DNA from: Candidatus Dojkabacteria bacterium UBA2022
GTDB lineage: Bacteria; Patescibacteriota; Dojkabacteria; SC72
DNA: 64,000 nt
Assembly: GCA_002335495.1 (NCBI GenBank)
Contig: DDBW01000002.1
Coordinates: 9,249 to 73,248 of the forward strand
Reading direction: 5' to 3'
Part shown: positions 31,165 to 40,645 of the stretch, piece by piece
Position numbering within the stretch: position 1 is the stretch's first letter
Layout: the number at the start of each line of letters is the position of its first letter
Program-made: the position numbers and the translations under genes
Notes under the pieces: generated by a model
The model's input: the letters and a program-made list of their open reading frames with translations, nothing else
The model's database searches: none
What the model was told of the DNA's origin: nothing

Positions 31165-32304
31165 GTGCCAAAATTCGAAAAGTATAGTGAAGAAGTATAT
31201 GTATCCGCTTGTGAAAACTTGGGGGTTGACCCTGAACTTTTACGCCAAGAGTTGGATGATATTAAAGTTCAGGACCTGTTTACCTCTATTGGAACGCGCC
31301 CTTTAGAAGAAGCCTTTTCGGAGGATGAGAGGATTTTGCATGCAGAATTAGGTATATTTTGTCACTTGGTAGATGATATTGCTGACGTTCCGAAGGCTGA
31401 TTATCATAATCTCATGCTTAGAGTTGGGGACTTGATTACCTCCTTACCTCTTAGTGACCCACAAAATATACCAATAGTAACGGGTATGGTAATGGATTTG
31501 TTTAGTAGAGAATGGACCTATCGTTCGAGCTCGAGTAAAACCTTATTAGAAGTTTATGATTCGTATATTAAACGGCTGAAATCATACGGAGAGGTTAACG
31601 AGTTCGCGTTTAACTACTCTCTGCTGAAAATGATTGTTTCAGGGTTTGTTCAAAACTCTGCGATGGTTTCCCTACATGATTCTCGGATTAGTCCCGCTTG
31701 TTCCCAAGGTTTTTCTCCTCCTCCTTTTTTCTCTCAGCAGTATAGATACCTCCTGAAGTCAGGACTTCGGTATGCTATACAGAACTCTTCAAGTGAAGAC
31801 GCTGTTTCAGGAAATCTTTATAAAAGTCTTCTTGAGATACCCGATGCCGTTCTTATATCCAATGCCTCTGGAATTCAGAACATGTTCTATCCTATGTTTA
31901 ATCCTAATATGGAGAGAGGTGACTTTGCTGTTATCGAAATGTTCGACGCACTAATGGGTCCTATGGCATACTTTATGAACGCTCTTAAGGAATCTAAATA
32001 TGTGAATATGCCAGATGGCATTTCTATTAAAGATACTTTCGAGATTAATTCAGGGTTTTCAAAATACTTTTCTACGATTAGGGATCTTATTCGCCATCTC
32101 TTTAAGGTTTCTCCCCCAAGTCAAAGAGTTTACCTGACGAAGGTTAAGCAGTTTGAGCTTGGCTTCAAATATGTCTTTGCCAAGTCTCCTGACACCCCAC
32201 TTTCCTTCGGTAATTTTCTGAGTCTGGAAAACCTTCTCGCCGGTAGGTGGTATTCGCTCCCGGCAGAGTATATGCGAATGCTAGTTTTTTTTCATTTGAG
32301 ATAA
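31165..32304 (+). CDS. hypothetical protein with Asp-rich 'DDxxD' motif (possible isoprenoid/terpene-synthase-like fold)
   Basis: 379 aa. 'GIFCHLVDDIADV' resembles the class I isoprenoid synthase aspartate-rich motif. No second motif is confidently seen. Confidence 0.35.
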   Translation: MPKFEKYSEEVYVSACENLGVDPELLRQELDDIKVQDLFTSIGTRPLEEAFSEDERILHAELGIFCHLVDDIADVPKADYHNLMLRVGDLITSLPLSDPQNIPIVTGMVMDLFSREWTYRSSSSKTLLEVYDSYIKRLKSYGEVNEFAFNYSLLKMIVSGFVQNSAMVSLHDSRISPACSQGFSPPPFFSQQYRYLLKSGLRYAIQNSSSEDAVSGNLYKSLLEIPDAVLISNASGIQNMFYPMFNPNMERGDFAVIEMFDALMGPMAYFMNALKESKYVNMPDGISIKDTFEINSGFSKYFSTIRDLIRHLFKVSPPSQRVYLTKVKQFELGFKYVFAKSPDTPLSFGNFLSLENLLAGRWYSLPAEYMRMLVFFHLR

Positions 32305-32353
32305 CTTCTTCTTAAGCTAGAAATTACAGGAAGCTAATGATATTCTGTATATT

Positions 32354-33814
32354 ATGTTTGGATTTGGAAAGAAAAAGACCGTTTCGGTAAAAAAATACTC
32401 ATTGGATGAACTTGAAATTATTTCGTATTTGAGTAGTAAAATACTATCTACTCTTGATAACGAAGCCCTCATTCAAGAATCTATTAATAACCTTGTTGCA
32501 AAATATAAACTACTTGGAGGAATTATTCTCTTGCGGGAAGGAAACTACCTTGTCGCTAAGACCATCTCTTCTAGCCCCATTGCTAATAACTTCTTAAAAA
32601 TTATTGGTGCACCAATAGACGCTTTGAAACTTCCTATTGCTAAAGATTCGGATAACTACATTGTTAAAAGTATTAATATAAAGAAGGTTGTACAGGGTTC
32701 TAATCTTGCGGACTTTACAAGAGGTGTTATATCTGAAAATCTTGCTATCGCAGCTAAAAGGGTTACCCGTTCAAACTACTGTATCTCCATCCCTATTGTA
32801 AATAAGAAAGAGGCTCTCGGAGCAATATACTTAACTAAAACCGTAAACGAAAACTTCAATCGCGATATTCCAATTTTTCAGCTCTTTGCTGATCAGGTTG
32901 GTATTGCCCTTGTAAATGCTCAGCTTTATGAAAATGAACAGAAACAGGTAGAGGAATTAAAATCTAAAAATATTGAGCTTCAGGCTCTTCGACGAAGAGA
33001 ACAGGATATGATGGATATAATGGGACATGAGCTACGCACTCCCCTATCTATTATTAGGATTTCGCTTGGCTTACTACAAGAAAAATATAGCAAGGTCGGA
33101 TTTAAAGATACAAGTTGCGATGCCTATATGGGGAGAATGAAAGAGGCCTTAGATAGAGAAGCTCGATTGCTTGAGGCTATGCTTAATAGTACTAAACTGG
33201 AATCCGAAAAAATGGAGCTACACTTTGAAAAGGTTAACATGGATAATCTCGTTAAAGATGCTATGTTGGCAATGAGCAATAAAGCACAGAAGAAAAATAT
33301 TCAGCTAATATATAATCCTCATATCTCATCTCCTTTTGTATATGCGGATCCTGTCCGTTTGGCGGAAGTTGTTGATAATCTTGTTCTTAATGCTATTAAA
33401 TATACTGAGAAAGGTGCAGTTACCATCTCTGTTACAAAGGAAGATGATACTATAATCACCTCAATTTCCGACACAGGAATAGGTATTCCTAAAGCTGATA
33501 TTAAGCATTTAGGTGAAAAGTTCTATCGAGTCGGTCAGTATAGCGATAATCAAAAGGACAGAGTGAAAAGAAAGAAACTTGAGGACACTCAAATTACATT
33601 GGTTAAACCTGGAGGAACTGGTTTAGGATTATATGTCTCATTTAATCTTATTAAGCTTATGGGTGGAAAGATTTCCGTCTCCAGCTCGCTCGGTAAAGGA
33701 TCTACCTTCTCAATCTCTCTTCCTGTGTATGCCAACCAACCCGATACTCATTCAAAGAAAAAGGTAGATAAAAATCTTTTTAAAAGATTAGGATTTACAC
33801 GAAAGAAATCATAG
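32354..33814 (+). CDS. cytoplasmic sensor histidine kinase with N-terminal GAF-like domain
   Basis: H-box 'MGHELRTPLSII', N-box 'LVLNAIKYT', G1 'DTGIGIP', G2 'GTGLGLYVSFNLIKLMGG'. No TM segment. Confidence 0.75.
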   Translation: MFGFGKKKTVSVKKYSLDELEIISYLSSKILSTLDNEALIQESINNLVAKYKLLGGIILLREGNYLVAKTISSSPIANNFLKIIGAPIDALKLPIAKDSDNYIVKSINIKKVVQGSNLADFTRGVISENLAIAAKRVTRSNYCISIPIVNKKEALGAIYLTKTVNENFNRDIPIFQLFADQVGIALVNAQLYENEQKQVEELKSKNIELQALRRREQDMMDIMGHELRTPLSIIRISLGLLQEKYSKVGFKDTSCDAYMGRMKEALDREARLLEAMLNSTKLESEKMELHFEKVNMDNLVKDAMLAMSNKAQKKNIQLIYNPHISSPFVYADPVRLAEVVDNLVLNAIKYTEKGAVTISVTKEDDTIITSISDTGIGIPKADIKHLGEKFYRVGQYSDNQKDRVKRKKLEDTQITLVKPGGTGLGLYVSFNLIKLMGGKISVSSSLGKGSTFSISLPVYANQPDTHSKKKVDKNLFKRLGFTRKKS

Positions 33815-33832
33815 GATATAATCCAGCAGATT

Positions 33833-34015
33833 ATGAAAAGAACTTGGCAACCAAAAAAGAGAAGAAGATTGAAGAAGTTGGGATTCCTTTCTAGAAGTGC
33901 AACAGCTGGTGGACGAAAGGTTCTTGCTGCAAGAAGAAGAAAAGGACGAAAGAGACTTACCGTTTCTGAAGAGTTCAAAATGCTTCGCAAGAATCCAAAG
34001 CATTACGCAAGATAA
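33833..34015 (+). CDS. rpmH: 50S ribosomal protein L34
   Basis: '[44 protein letters not shown]' matches the L34 consensus. It has a C-terminal extension of about 15 aa. Confidence 0.8.
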   Translation: MKRTWQPKKRRRLKKLGFLSRSATAGGRKVLAARRRKGRKRLTVSEEFKMLRKNPKHYAR

Positions 34016-34027
34016 TTAGGAATAAAT

Positions 34028-34360
34028 ATGTTCCCTAAAAGTAACAAGCTGTCTTCGGATGAATTTTCAAGGCTATACGCTAACGGTTTTCGCGTGAAGG
34101 GACAGTTTGGCGTTCTTATATCTTCCGTTTCTCCATATCCTAAATACAGAGTTGGATTTGTTGTTAATAAGAAGGTTGGAAACGCTGTTGTAAGGCATCA
34201 AACCACAAGGCATATTCGAAATGTTTTTAGAAAGATTGTTGGTGAGTATAACCTTCCCCTTCTTTATGAATATATTGCATATACTCCCATTTCTGATTTG
34301 AATGCTTTTGAGGATGAGTTTAAATCTCAAATGGATAAAGTTCATGAGCATTTCAACTAA
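34028..34360 (+). CDS. rnpA: ribonuclease P protein component
   Basis: 110 aa basic protein directly after rpmH, with an 'FRVKG...GFVVNKKVGNAVVRHQTTRHIR' RNR-like motif. Confidence 0.7.
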   Translation: MFPKSNKLSSDEFSRLYANGFRVKGQFGVLISSVSPYPKYRVGFVVNKKVGNAVVRHQTTRHIRNVFRKIVGEYNLPLLYEYIAYTPISDLNAFEDEFKSQMDKVHEHFN

Positions 34361-34600
34361 ATGAAATATCTCTTTCTATTTTTAATAAAACTATATCAAT
34401 TGACTCTCTCCTACGATCACGGTTTTATGGGAAGGATCTTTCCAGATACCCGGTTTTGCAGATTTACCCCTTCTTGCTCACAATATACCTATGATGCAGT
34501 TAATAAATATGGAGTAATTAAGGGATTATCGCTTGGAGTTAGTCGTTTGGGAAGATGCAACGTGAGAACTCCTATGGGAACCTATGATCCAGTCAAGTGA
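34361..34600 (+). CDS. yidD: membrane protein insertion efficiency factor YidD
   Basis: 'CRFTPSCSQYTYDAVNKYGVIKGLSLGVSRLGRCN' is the YidD signature. Confidence 0.75.
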   Translation: MKYLFLFLIKLYQLTLSYDHGFMGRIFPDTRFCRFTPSCSQYTYDAVNKYGVIKGLSLGVSRLGRCNVRTPMGTYDPVK

Positions 34601-34659
34601 TTTTACATTTACCGCTTTTCTAGTATAATTCAGCAGTTCAGATTGATTGATAAATATAT

Positions 34660-35499
34660 ATGTTTGCAAATCTTTGGGATACTCTCCTCTTTCATCCCTT
34701 CTTAAATATTTTAATGGTAGGTTACCACCTCTTGTGGGATAATCTTGGTCTTGCCGTTATTTTCATTGCTATTCTGGTAAGAGTTCTCCTTATTCCAAGT
34801 ACCAAAAGCCAGACTGAAATGACTCGTAAGATGGCTTCCCTAAGGCCAGAACTAGATAAACTTCAGAAAAAATATGCGAATAACCCTCAGAAGTTAGCAG
34901 AGGAACAGATGAAGCTATACAAAAACGTTGGTTATAATCCTCTTGGTTGTTTAGCCTCTATTCTTCCCCAATTTCTAATGCTTTTTGCGATTATTCAAGT
35001 TATTAACGTCGTTACTGTAAGTAATTTCGATGGCTTGTATCCATTCATTAAGGATTGGATATTTAGCGGGGTAGATAAAATTGTCATCAATACTTCATTC
35101 CTAAATATTGATCTTGCTTCAAACTTTACTGCTGTCTCAAAGGAACTTGGCTATATTAATTGGCAAACTTTCACCTTCTTGGTTTTGGCTGTTTTAGTAG
35201 GATTCACCCAGTTCATTTCAACCAAGTTTATGCAACATATGCAGGGACAGAATAAGCCTGCTTCAAATAAAAAAGATCCTTCTGCGGCTCCTTCTCCAGA
35301 AGAACTTCAGGCGCAGATGATGAACTCTATGAATCTGATGTTCCCATTCATGACCTTCTTCATTACCCTTACCACTCCTGCTGTTTTAGGTCTATATTGG
35401 TTAGCACAATCTGTGATGTTAATAGTTCAATACTTCATTATAGATAAAGAAAGAAGTATGAAGGCGGCTAAGGAGCTATTCAAATTTAAAAGGAAATAA
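34660..35499 (+). CDS. yidC: membrane protein insertase YidC/Oxa1 (short form)
   Basis: 279 aa. 'AIILVRVLLIP...KSQTEMTRKMASLRPELDKLQKKYANNPQKLAEEQMKLYKNVGYNPLGCL' is the YidC core TM1-TM2 region. Positively charged C-terminal tail. Confidence 0.8.
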   Translation: MFANLWDTLLFHPFLNILMVGYHLLWDNLGLAVIFIAILVRVLLIPSTKSQTEMTRKMASLRPELDKLQKKYANNPQKLAEEQMKLYKNVGYNPLGCLASILPQFLMLFAIIQVINVVTVSNFDGLYPFIKDWIFSGVDKIVINTSFLNIDLASNFTAVSKELGYINWQTFTFLVLAVLVGFTQFISTKFMQHMQGQNKPASNKKDPSAAPSPEELQAQMMNSMNLMFPFMTFFITLTTPAVLGLYWLAQSVMLIVQYFIIDKERSMKAAKELFKFKRK

Positions 35500-35516
35500 T
35501 TTTTATATTAATAATT

Positions 35517-36074
35517 ATGGATAAGAATAGAGTTTTAGAAATTGCCCAGAAGGAAACAGAAAAACTTCTTGATTTGGTCGGTGTAAATCCTGAGGTTGAG
35601 TATAACCTCGCAGATAACTCAAACGATGAGTTTGTCGTAATAGGCGTTTCGATCAAGGGAGAGGATTTAGGCTTTATGATAGGAAACCACGGAAGACATC
35701 TTCAGGCTTTTCAGTCTGTTCTTAACCTAATTGTTAGAAATATTGTTTGGAAAGAGGATGAGAATTTCAAGTTCGTTATTACAGTTGACGCTGGGGACTA
35801 CAGAAAGCAAAGAATGAATAAGGTTGAGCAAACAGCTTTACAGAAGGCTGATGATGCAAGAATTCTTGGAGAACCAGTTGATTTAATGCCTATGAATCCT
35901 GCTGAAAGAAGAGTTGTCCATACCGTTTTGGGTAAGTTTGATGATATCAAAACCGAAAGTCACGGAGAAGGTAGAGATCGATTTGTAAGGATTCTTCCCG
36001 TTAGCGAGAAGGACCTTGGAATTACCTCTGAAACAGAGGATAATCTAGAGAATGAAGAAGATTCTCAAGAATAA
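35517..36074 (+). CDS. jag: Jag/KhpB RNA-binding protein (KH + R3H)
   Basis: KH-like 'IGVSIKGEDLGFMIGNHGRHLQAFQSV' and R3H 'PMNPAERRVVHTVLGKFDDIKTESHGEGRDRFVRI'. Sits at the end of the rpmH-rnpA-yidD-yidC-jag block. Confidence 0.75.
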   Translation: MDKNRVLEIAQKETEKLLDLVGVNPEVEYNLADNSNDEFVVIGVSIKGEDLGFMIGNHGRHLQAFQSVLNLIVRNIVWKEDENFKFVITVDAGDYRKQRMNKVEQTALQKADDARILGEPVDLMPMNPAERRVVHTVLGKFDDIKTESHGEGRDRFVRILPVSEKDLGITSETEDNLENEEDSQE

Positions 36075-37407
36075 TACTAAACTTGTTGAAGCTATAGGGA
36101 GGCTACTGCCTCTCTCCCTTGCTGCAACAGTTTTCATTGCCAATATTTTCTTTATTGAGGAAAATCCTTTAAGAGGTATTACTATTCTGTTCTTACTGTT
36201 CATCTGGGGAATATTTACATATGTAACAAAATCTTATGTAAAAGCCTCGTTATATTTACTCCTATTTGTAATTCCTCTTAATATCACAATTACTTTTCCA
36301 ACCTTAGGTGATGTATACGTTCGGGGAGTGTATTCTAACTTTCTCTCTCCCACTCTCTCAATTATAGATATCTTTGTGGCTTTATTATTTACAAGCTTGG
36401 TAACAGTATCATTCCCAAAAAAGTCTAATTTGATTTATATGGTTGTTGTTGGGGCTCTGCTTTTAAGTTTACTCTCACACTTTTCGATTATATCCTTGAT
36501 CGGTATCGGAAGAATTATTCTATATCTTCTAACTACGAAGCTTATGTTTTATTATATGAAGAATGAGAAAGAGAAGTTAAGCATGAGGCTCGTTATATAT
36601 GTAATAAGTATAACTGTCCTTATACAGGTAATTATTGCTTTCTTTCAAGTTTATTTAGGTAGGGATTTAGGATTACAGTTCTTGGGAGAATCCCAGTTAA
36701 CTGTCGGAACAATTGGTTCAAGTTTTGTCTCTCTTTCTGAAGTTACCTATCTTCGTGGATACGGTACTTTCCCCCACCCTAATATTCTAGCCGGGTACCT
36801 TTCCTTAGTTGTCATTATCCTTTTGGGTATACGTTATAAAGGAAAGTTGGTTTGGGCTACGATAGGGATATCTGCTATTGGGCTTTTGCTAACTTTCTCT
36901 CGTTTAGGGTGGCTACTTCTTCTGCTTGTAATGGTGTTCTACCTATTATTTGGAAGCAGGCAACAGAAAGGGTTAAATTCATTCACCCTTGGAATTTTTG
37001 GAGAGAGAATTTCCAATCTTTTTCTAAACATAGATACCAGTTTTAGAGATAGAATATTGCTAAATGAGCATGCCATTGAGGTTATACAGAAAAACTGGTT
37101 AACAGGATTAGGGATTGGTAGGTATGTGTCCGCTATGAAAGAGCTTCCTATTTATACCAATAGTGGATTGTTGTTGCTGCAACCTGTGCATAATATCTTT
37201 CTCCTCTTGGTTGCCGAAATGGGAATTGGGGGAATTATATTCGCCATTGGGATTATATATAAAATACTGTTTTATAATTTTACAAAACATTCGAAATTTT
37301 TATATCTCTCGATTATCTTTTTTGTTTTGATATTTGGAATGTTTGATCACTTTCTTCTCACTCTTCCCCAGGGTTTAATCCTTCTTGCTTTTGCTCTTCT
37401 ACTTTAA
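36052..37407 (+). CDS. O-antigen ligase/polymerase-like (Wzy_C) polytopic membrane protein
   Basis: 451 aa with about 11 TM helices. The loop before 'FSRLGWLLLLLVMVFYL' resembles the Wzy_C signature region. Tentative. Confidence 0.45.
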   Translation: MKKILKNNTKLVEAIGRLLPLSLAATVFIANIFFIEENPLRGITILFLLFIWGIFTYVTKSYVKASLYLLLFVIPLNITITFPTLGDVYVRGVYSNFLSPTLSIIDIFVALLFTSLVTVSFPKKSNLIYMVVVGALLLSLLSHFSIISLIGIGRIILYLLTTKLMFYYMKNEKEKLSMRLVIYVISITVLIQVIIAFFQVYLGRDLGLQFLGESQLTVGTIGSSFVSLSEVTYLRGYGTFPHPNILAGYLSLVVIILLGIRYKGKLVWATIGISAIGLLLTFSRLGWLLLLLVMVFYLLFGSRQQKGLNSFTLGIFGERISNLFLNIDTSFRDRILLNEHAIEVIQKNWLTGLGIGRYVSAMKELPIYTNSGLLLLQPVHNIFLLLVAEMGIGGIIFAIGIIYKILFYNFTKHSKFLYLSIIFFVLIFGMFDHFLLTLPQGLILLAFALLL

Positions 37408-38094
37408 GACCTCTATTACTTCCTTTATATTACGGACGGTGATTGTTCCTTCGGGAAGATCTCCTGATGTATATACACTCCATCCTTTTGTTTTTTGTAA
37501 CCATATAAGCTTTCTTACCCCTACTTCATATCCCGCTTTTATATCCCCACTTACATTATCCCCTACGATAGCAACTTTTTCTGGATGGGTATCCAATGCC
37601 TTGATGGCTTTTAGCCAATCCTCTTTACTCTTATGGCGGTTCATATCTGCAATTTCAATGTGATCGAAGTATTGTCTAAGGTTGTGAGTACTTAATTTCA
37701 GATGAGTCCAGTCTTCAACTGCATGGGTTACTAGTCCGAGTTTGTATCCATCCTTTTTAAAGTGTTCTAGTACCTCTATGCTTCCTTCTAATAGTTTCGG
37801 AGGGGTTGTATATACTTTATACATTCGGTCAATAATTTTAACGGCAAGGTCGTTGGGTATATCAAAGTGGTCTCGCATATTTTGGATTGTAGTTGGCCAC
37901 TCCTTCACAGGGTTAATGCTTACTTCGTGATATGCCTTTACGAGAGATTCTTCAAATACTTTAGATATTTCCTCGTATGGAATATTTAGGAAGTCTGAAA
38001 GGGTCTTCTTCACTTCGGATGTTGCTTCCGTAAACACGGGATGTGTATCTATGAGGGTATCATCAAAATCGAAAAGTATCGTTTTAGGTTGCAT
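37399..38094 (-). CDS. HAD-superfamily hydrolase
   Basis: The ORF extends to 38187 and would overlap the tRNA. The internal start at 38094 gives 'MQPKTILFDFDDTLIDT' (motif I) and 'VAIVGDNVSGDI' (motif IV). Confidence 0.7.
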   Translation of the reverse strand: MQPKTILFDFDDTLIDTHPVFTEATSEVKKTLSDFLNIPYEEISKVFEESLVKAYHEVSINPVKEWPTTIQNMRDHFDIPNDLAVKIIDRMYKVYTTPPKLLEGSIEVLEHFKKDGYKLGLVTHAVEDWTHLKLSTHNLRQYFDHIEIADMNRHKSKEDWLKAIKALDTHPEKVAIVGDNVSGDIKAGYEVGVRKLIWLQKTKGWSVYTSGDLPEGTITVRNIKEVIEVLK

Positions 38095-38111
38095 ATTACT
38101 TTTGATAGAAA

Positions 38112-38201
38112 TGGCGGAGAGACAGGGATTCGAACCCTGGGTACAGTTTCCTGTACGAACGCCTTCCAAGCGTTTCCTTTCGACCACTCAGGCATCTCTC
38201 C
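38112..38201 (-). tRNA. tRNA-Ser (anticodon GGA), type II
   Basis: Minus strand: GGAGAGA acceptor, anticodon stem AACGC/GCGUU with loop UU-GGA-AG, long extra arm, T-arm CAGGG-UUCGAAU-CCCUG, discriminator G, encoded CCA. Confidence 0.7.
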
Positions 38202-38598
38202 TTAAAATCTTCTGTATTATACACTTAAAACCCTCTGATTTAATAGGGAGAGATAATATTTCATTAAGGTGTACCCATTGTGGGATCCATTCCTCTACCA
38301 TTACTTCAGCGTCTTTAAGAGTAGGTTCCATTCTGTCTCTCCTACCCTCTTCTAGCCTACAAATATAATATAGTTCTACTCTTCTATGTTGTATATCGAA
38401 ATGGATATGTTTTAACTTTGATGCTCTTACCTTTACACCAGTCTCCTCATAGGCTTCACGTTCTGCTCCCTTTGAAAATAGCTCTGGAAAATCCCAGTGT
38501 CCGCCAGGAAGAATATACTTAGTCTCATTCTTCCACGTCTTTTTTATCGATAGTACATGGTCGTTATCAATAACTACCGCTTTCACTGATATATACAT
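38188..38598 (-). CDS. NUDIX hydrolase
   Basis: Nudix box 'LPGGHWDFPELFSKGAEREAYEETGV'. The 3' end overlaps the tRNA-Ser 5' end by about 14 nt. Confidence 0.65.
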   Translation of the reverse strand: MYISVKAVVIDNDHVLSIKKTWKNETKYILPGGHWDFPELFSKGAEREAYEETGVKVRASKLKHIHFDIQHRRVELYYICRLEEGRRDRMEPTLKDAEVMVEEWIPQWVHLNEILSLPIKSEGFKCIIQKILRRDA

Positions 38599-38623
38599 TC
38601 CGTGATTATAACTCTAAAGAGGG

Positions 38624-40645
38624 TTAGTTGGAAATCTCTTTAATGGTTACTATTATTCTCCCCTGTCTATCTGGGAAGTATCTTAACCATTCTGGGAAAT
38701 ACGCTGGAACAAAAGAGGTCTCAGTTTTTTTATCAGTATACTTCATCTTCTGTGCTCTTTTTACTCCATCTTCCCAATCTCTACCCGCAAGCTCCTTGAT
38801 GATCTCGTTCTTGCTTATCTCTGGTTTTACTTCTCCCTTGGCTACTACTTTAATTTTTATCTTATCTCCCTTGGCTTCTTCTACAGTTATTTCTCTTTCA
38901 ATGCTATTATCAAGCACCAATTTTACATTCTTATCCTCGGTTTCAAATAGGTCTTGATCTTGTGCTGACTTGGTTAACACTTCATCCATTTTTGTTTCTA
39001 ATTCGCCCTTCTTGAAATACATTGCACTCCCTTTCACCTCAATAGTCACATTAGCAATATCAGCTTCTGCTCCTACAGGGATGTCAGATTTGGTATTGCC
39101 TTCGACATCGGCTTTAAGAGTGCTCTCTATTATCTCCCATCCGTTATCAGTTCTACTTCTTAGATCATTTTTAACCTCGTCTATAGCTCCCGTCTTTATC
39201 TCCTTAACTAACTTATCTACATCAGCTTGAGATAGTACTGTATACTGTTCCTTCGATCCCCCGGCGAATGCTGATGGGTTATCTGCATTCAACTCCGTTA
39301 CTGAATTGTACCCTGCAATCGTGAAGAAATTTCCTGCGGCTATATTATATTCTTCCCCTACTTGGGTGGCTCTTACCGCGACGTTTTCTTCCCAGATATC
39401 TCCCCCTGTAGCCCCTACTGTTACGGTACTTACAATTTCGTACGTCAAATTTTCCTTTGACGTTACAACTGTTCCTGCAGGAATTGTAACGGGGAGTTTG
39501 GTAATTATATCTGGCCATGCTTTTATTGTGATTACTCCTTCTGCCTTATTACCTCTAAAGGCTTTTCCTGAAGCAGTTACCGACCCGCTGACGCTTTTAG
39601 TCCCCTCTTCTTTTTTTACTGGGACAATTCCATTCTCGTAGTTGAATTCATTTGCTTTTAGATCTCCGTTGAATACTTTTTCAACCGCAACCTCCTTACT
39701 GGTTATATACACGGTAACCTTTGCGAGAGGAGCTAATTCATATACCAACCATAATGCAACTACTAATACCGCTACTAAAGGTGCGATTATTCTAATTGCC
39801 CACTTTTTAGCTGGGGCAGAGGATATTTTTGCGCCAATATTCTTAACTATTTTTTGGAGTGGTGACATGGTAGTTGGTACATTCGCTACTCTGACTGGTA
39901 CTGGCTGCCCAAAGTCTGATTCCTCTTCTTGTTTATCCAGTGTAGAATCCACCTCGTCTGGAAGACTCTTTAAAAAGGCGATGTCTTTTCCTATTAGTGA
40001 TGGTCTTTTTTCATTCTTTGACTTCTTAAAAGCCTCTTTATTGTTATCAATGATATCCTGGTCCAATGCTAATTGTAGTCCACCCTCTTCCACTACTTTA
40101 GCCTCTTTTCTCTCAATGTTGAGTCTTGATCTTTCGAGCGCCTCTTCTATCTTTTTCTGGAACTCAGATTTCTCTTTGGCAGGTTCTTCTGCCACAACCA
40201 GTTCGTCGTCCTCGACCTCCATTTCTATCTCAGTTCTCTCAAGTTCATCTTCTCTTGGTACATATTTTACATTGCTCTTTTGCAACATATCTTGTTTCCC
40301 TTTTGTTCTTCTTCTTAGCCCTTTCTCTGCTTCATTCCAGTATTCCTCTAGGATAGTTCCTGTTGCTTCTGTTACAGTCATGCCTGCCTCTTTTGCATTT
40401 CTGACCCCAACGGGATTTTGTACTATCTGTGCAATTATTGCTTTATTATTCTCGTCTGCAGTATCAAGAAGCACTTTAAGGTTAATGGGACTTATGAGAA
40501 TATCAGTTGGTTCAGTAAAAGTGAGGATTATTTTATCAGCATCGGATAGGGCAATTTTATTTACCACATCAATTAAATCATCCTCTTTATCGATGACAAA
40601 TTTCTCTATTTCGCTTTTGATCTGTTTTATATTTTCGTCTTTCAT
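38624..40645 (-). CDS. bitopic acidic membrane protein (673 aa), hypothetical
   Basis: N-terminal cytoplasmic domain of about 120 aa, an E/K-rich coiled coil, one TM ('WAIRIIAPLVAVLVVALWLVYEL'), and an extracytoplasmic region of about 350 aa. Its start overlaps the stop of the upstream actin-like gene (shared nucleotide 40645). Confidence 0.5.
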   Translation of the reverse strand: MKDENIKQIKSEIEKFVIDKEDDLIDVVNKIALSDADKIILTFTEPTDILISPINLKVLLDTADENNKAIIAQIVQNPVGVRNAKEAGMTVTEATGTILEEYWNEAEKGLRRRTKGKQDMLQKSNVKYVPREDELERTEIEMEVEDDELVVAEEPAKEKSEFQKKIEEALERSRLNIERKEAKVVEEGGLQLALDQDIIDNNKEAFKKSKNEKRPSLIGKDIAFLKSLPDEVDSTLDKQEEESDFGQPVPVRVANVPTTMSPLQKIVKNIGAKISSAPAKKWAIRIIAPLVAVLVVALWLVYELAPLAKVTVYITSKEVAVEKVFNGDLKANEFNYENGIVPVKKEEGTKSVSGSVTASGKAFRGNKAEGVITIKAWPDIITKLPVTIPAGTVVTSKENLTYEIVSTVTVGATGGDIWEENVAVRATQVGEEYNIAAGNFFTIAGYNSVTELNADNPSAFAGGSKEQYTVLSQADVDKLVKEIKTGAIDEVKNDLRSRTDNGWEIIESTLKADVEGNTKSDIPVGAEADIANVTIEVKGSAMYFKKGELETKMDEVLTKSAQDQDLFETEDKNVKLVLDNSIEREITVEEAKGDKIKIKVVAKGEVKPEISKNEIIKELAGRDWEDGVKRAQKMKYTDKKTETSFVPAYFPEWLRYFPDRQGRIIVTIKEISN

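Noticed and set aside
33833-34015. rpmH C-terminal extension as evidence of misannotation
   Set aside because: The core L34 consensus is intact and the stop is unambiguous. The extension of about 15 aa is probably real but of minor interest.
38051-38368. 105-aa + strand ORF
   Set aside because: It overlaps tRNA-Ser(GGA) and the Nudix gene on the opposite strand. Spurious.
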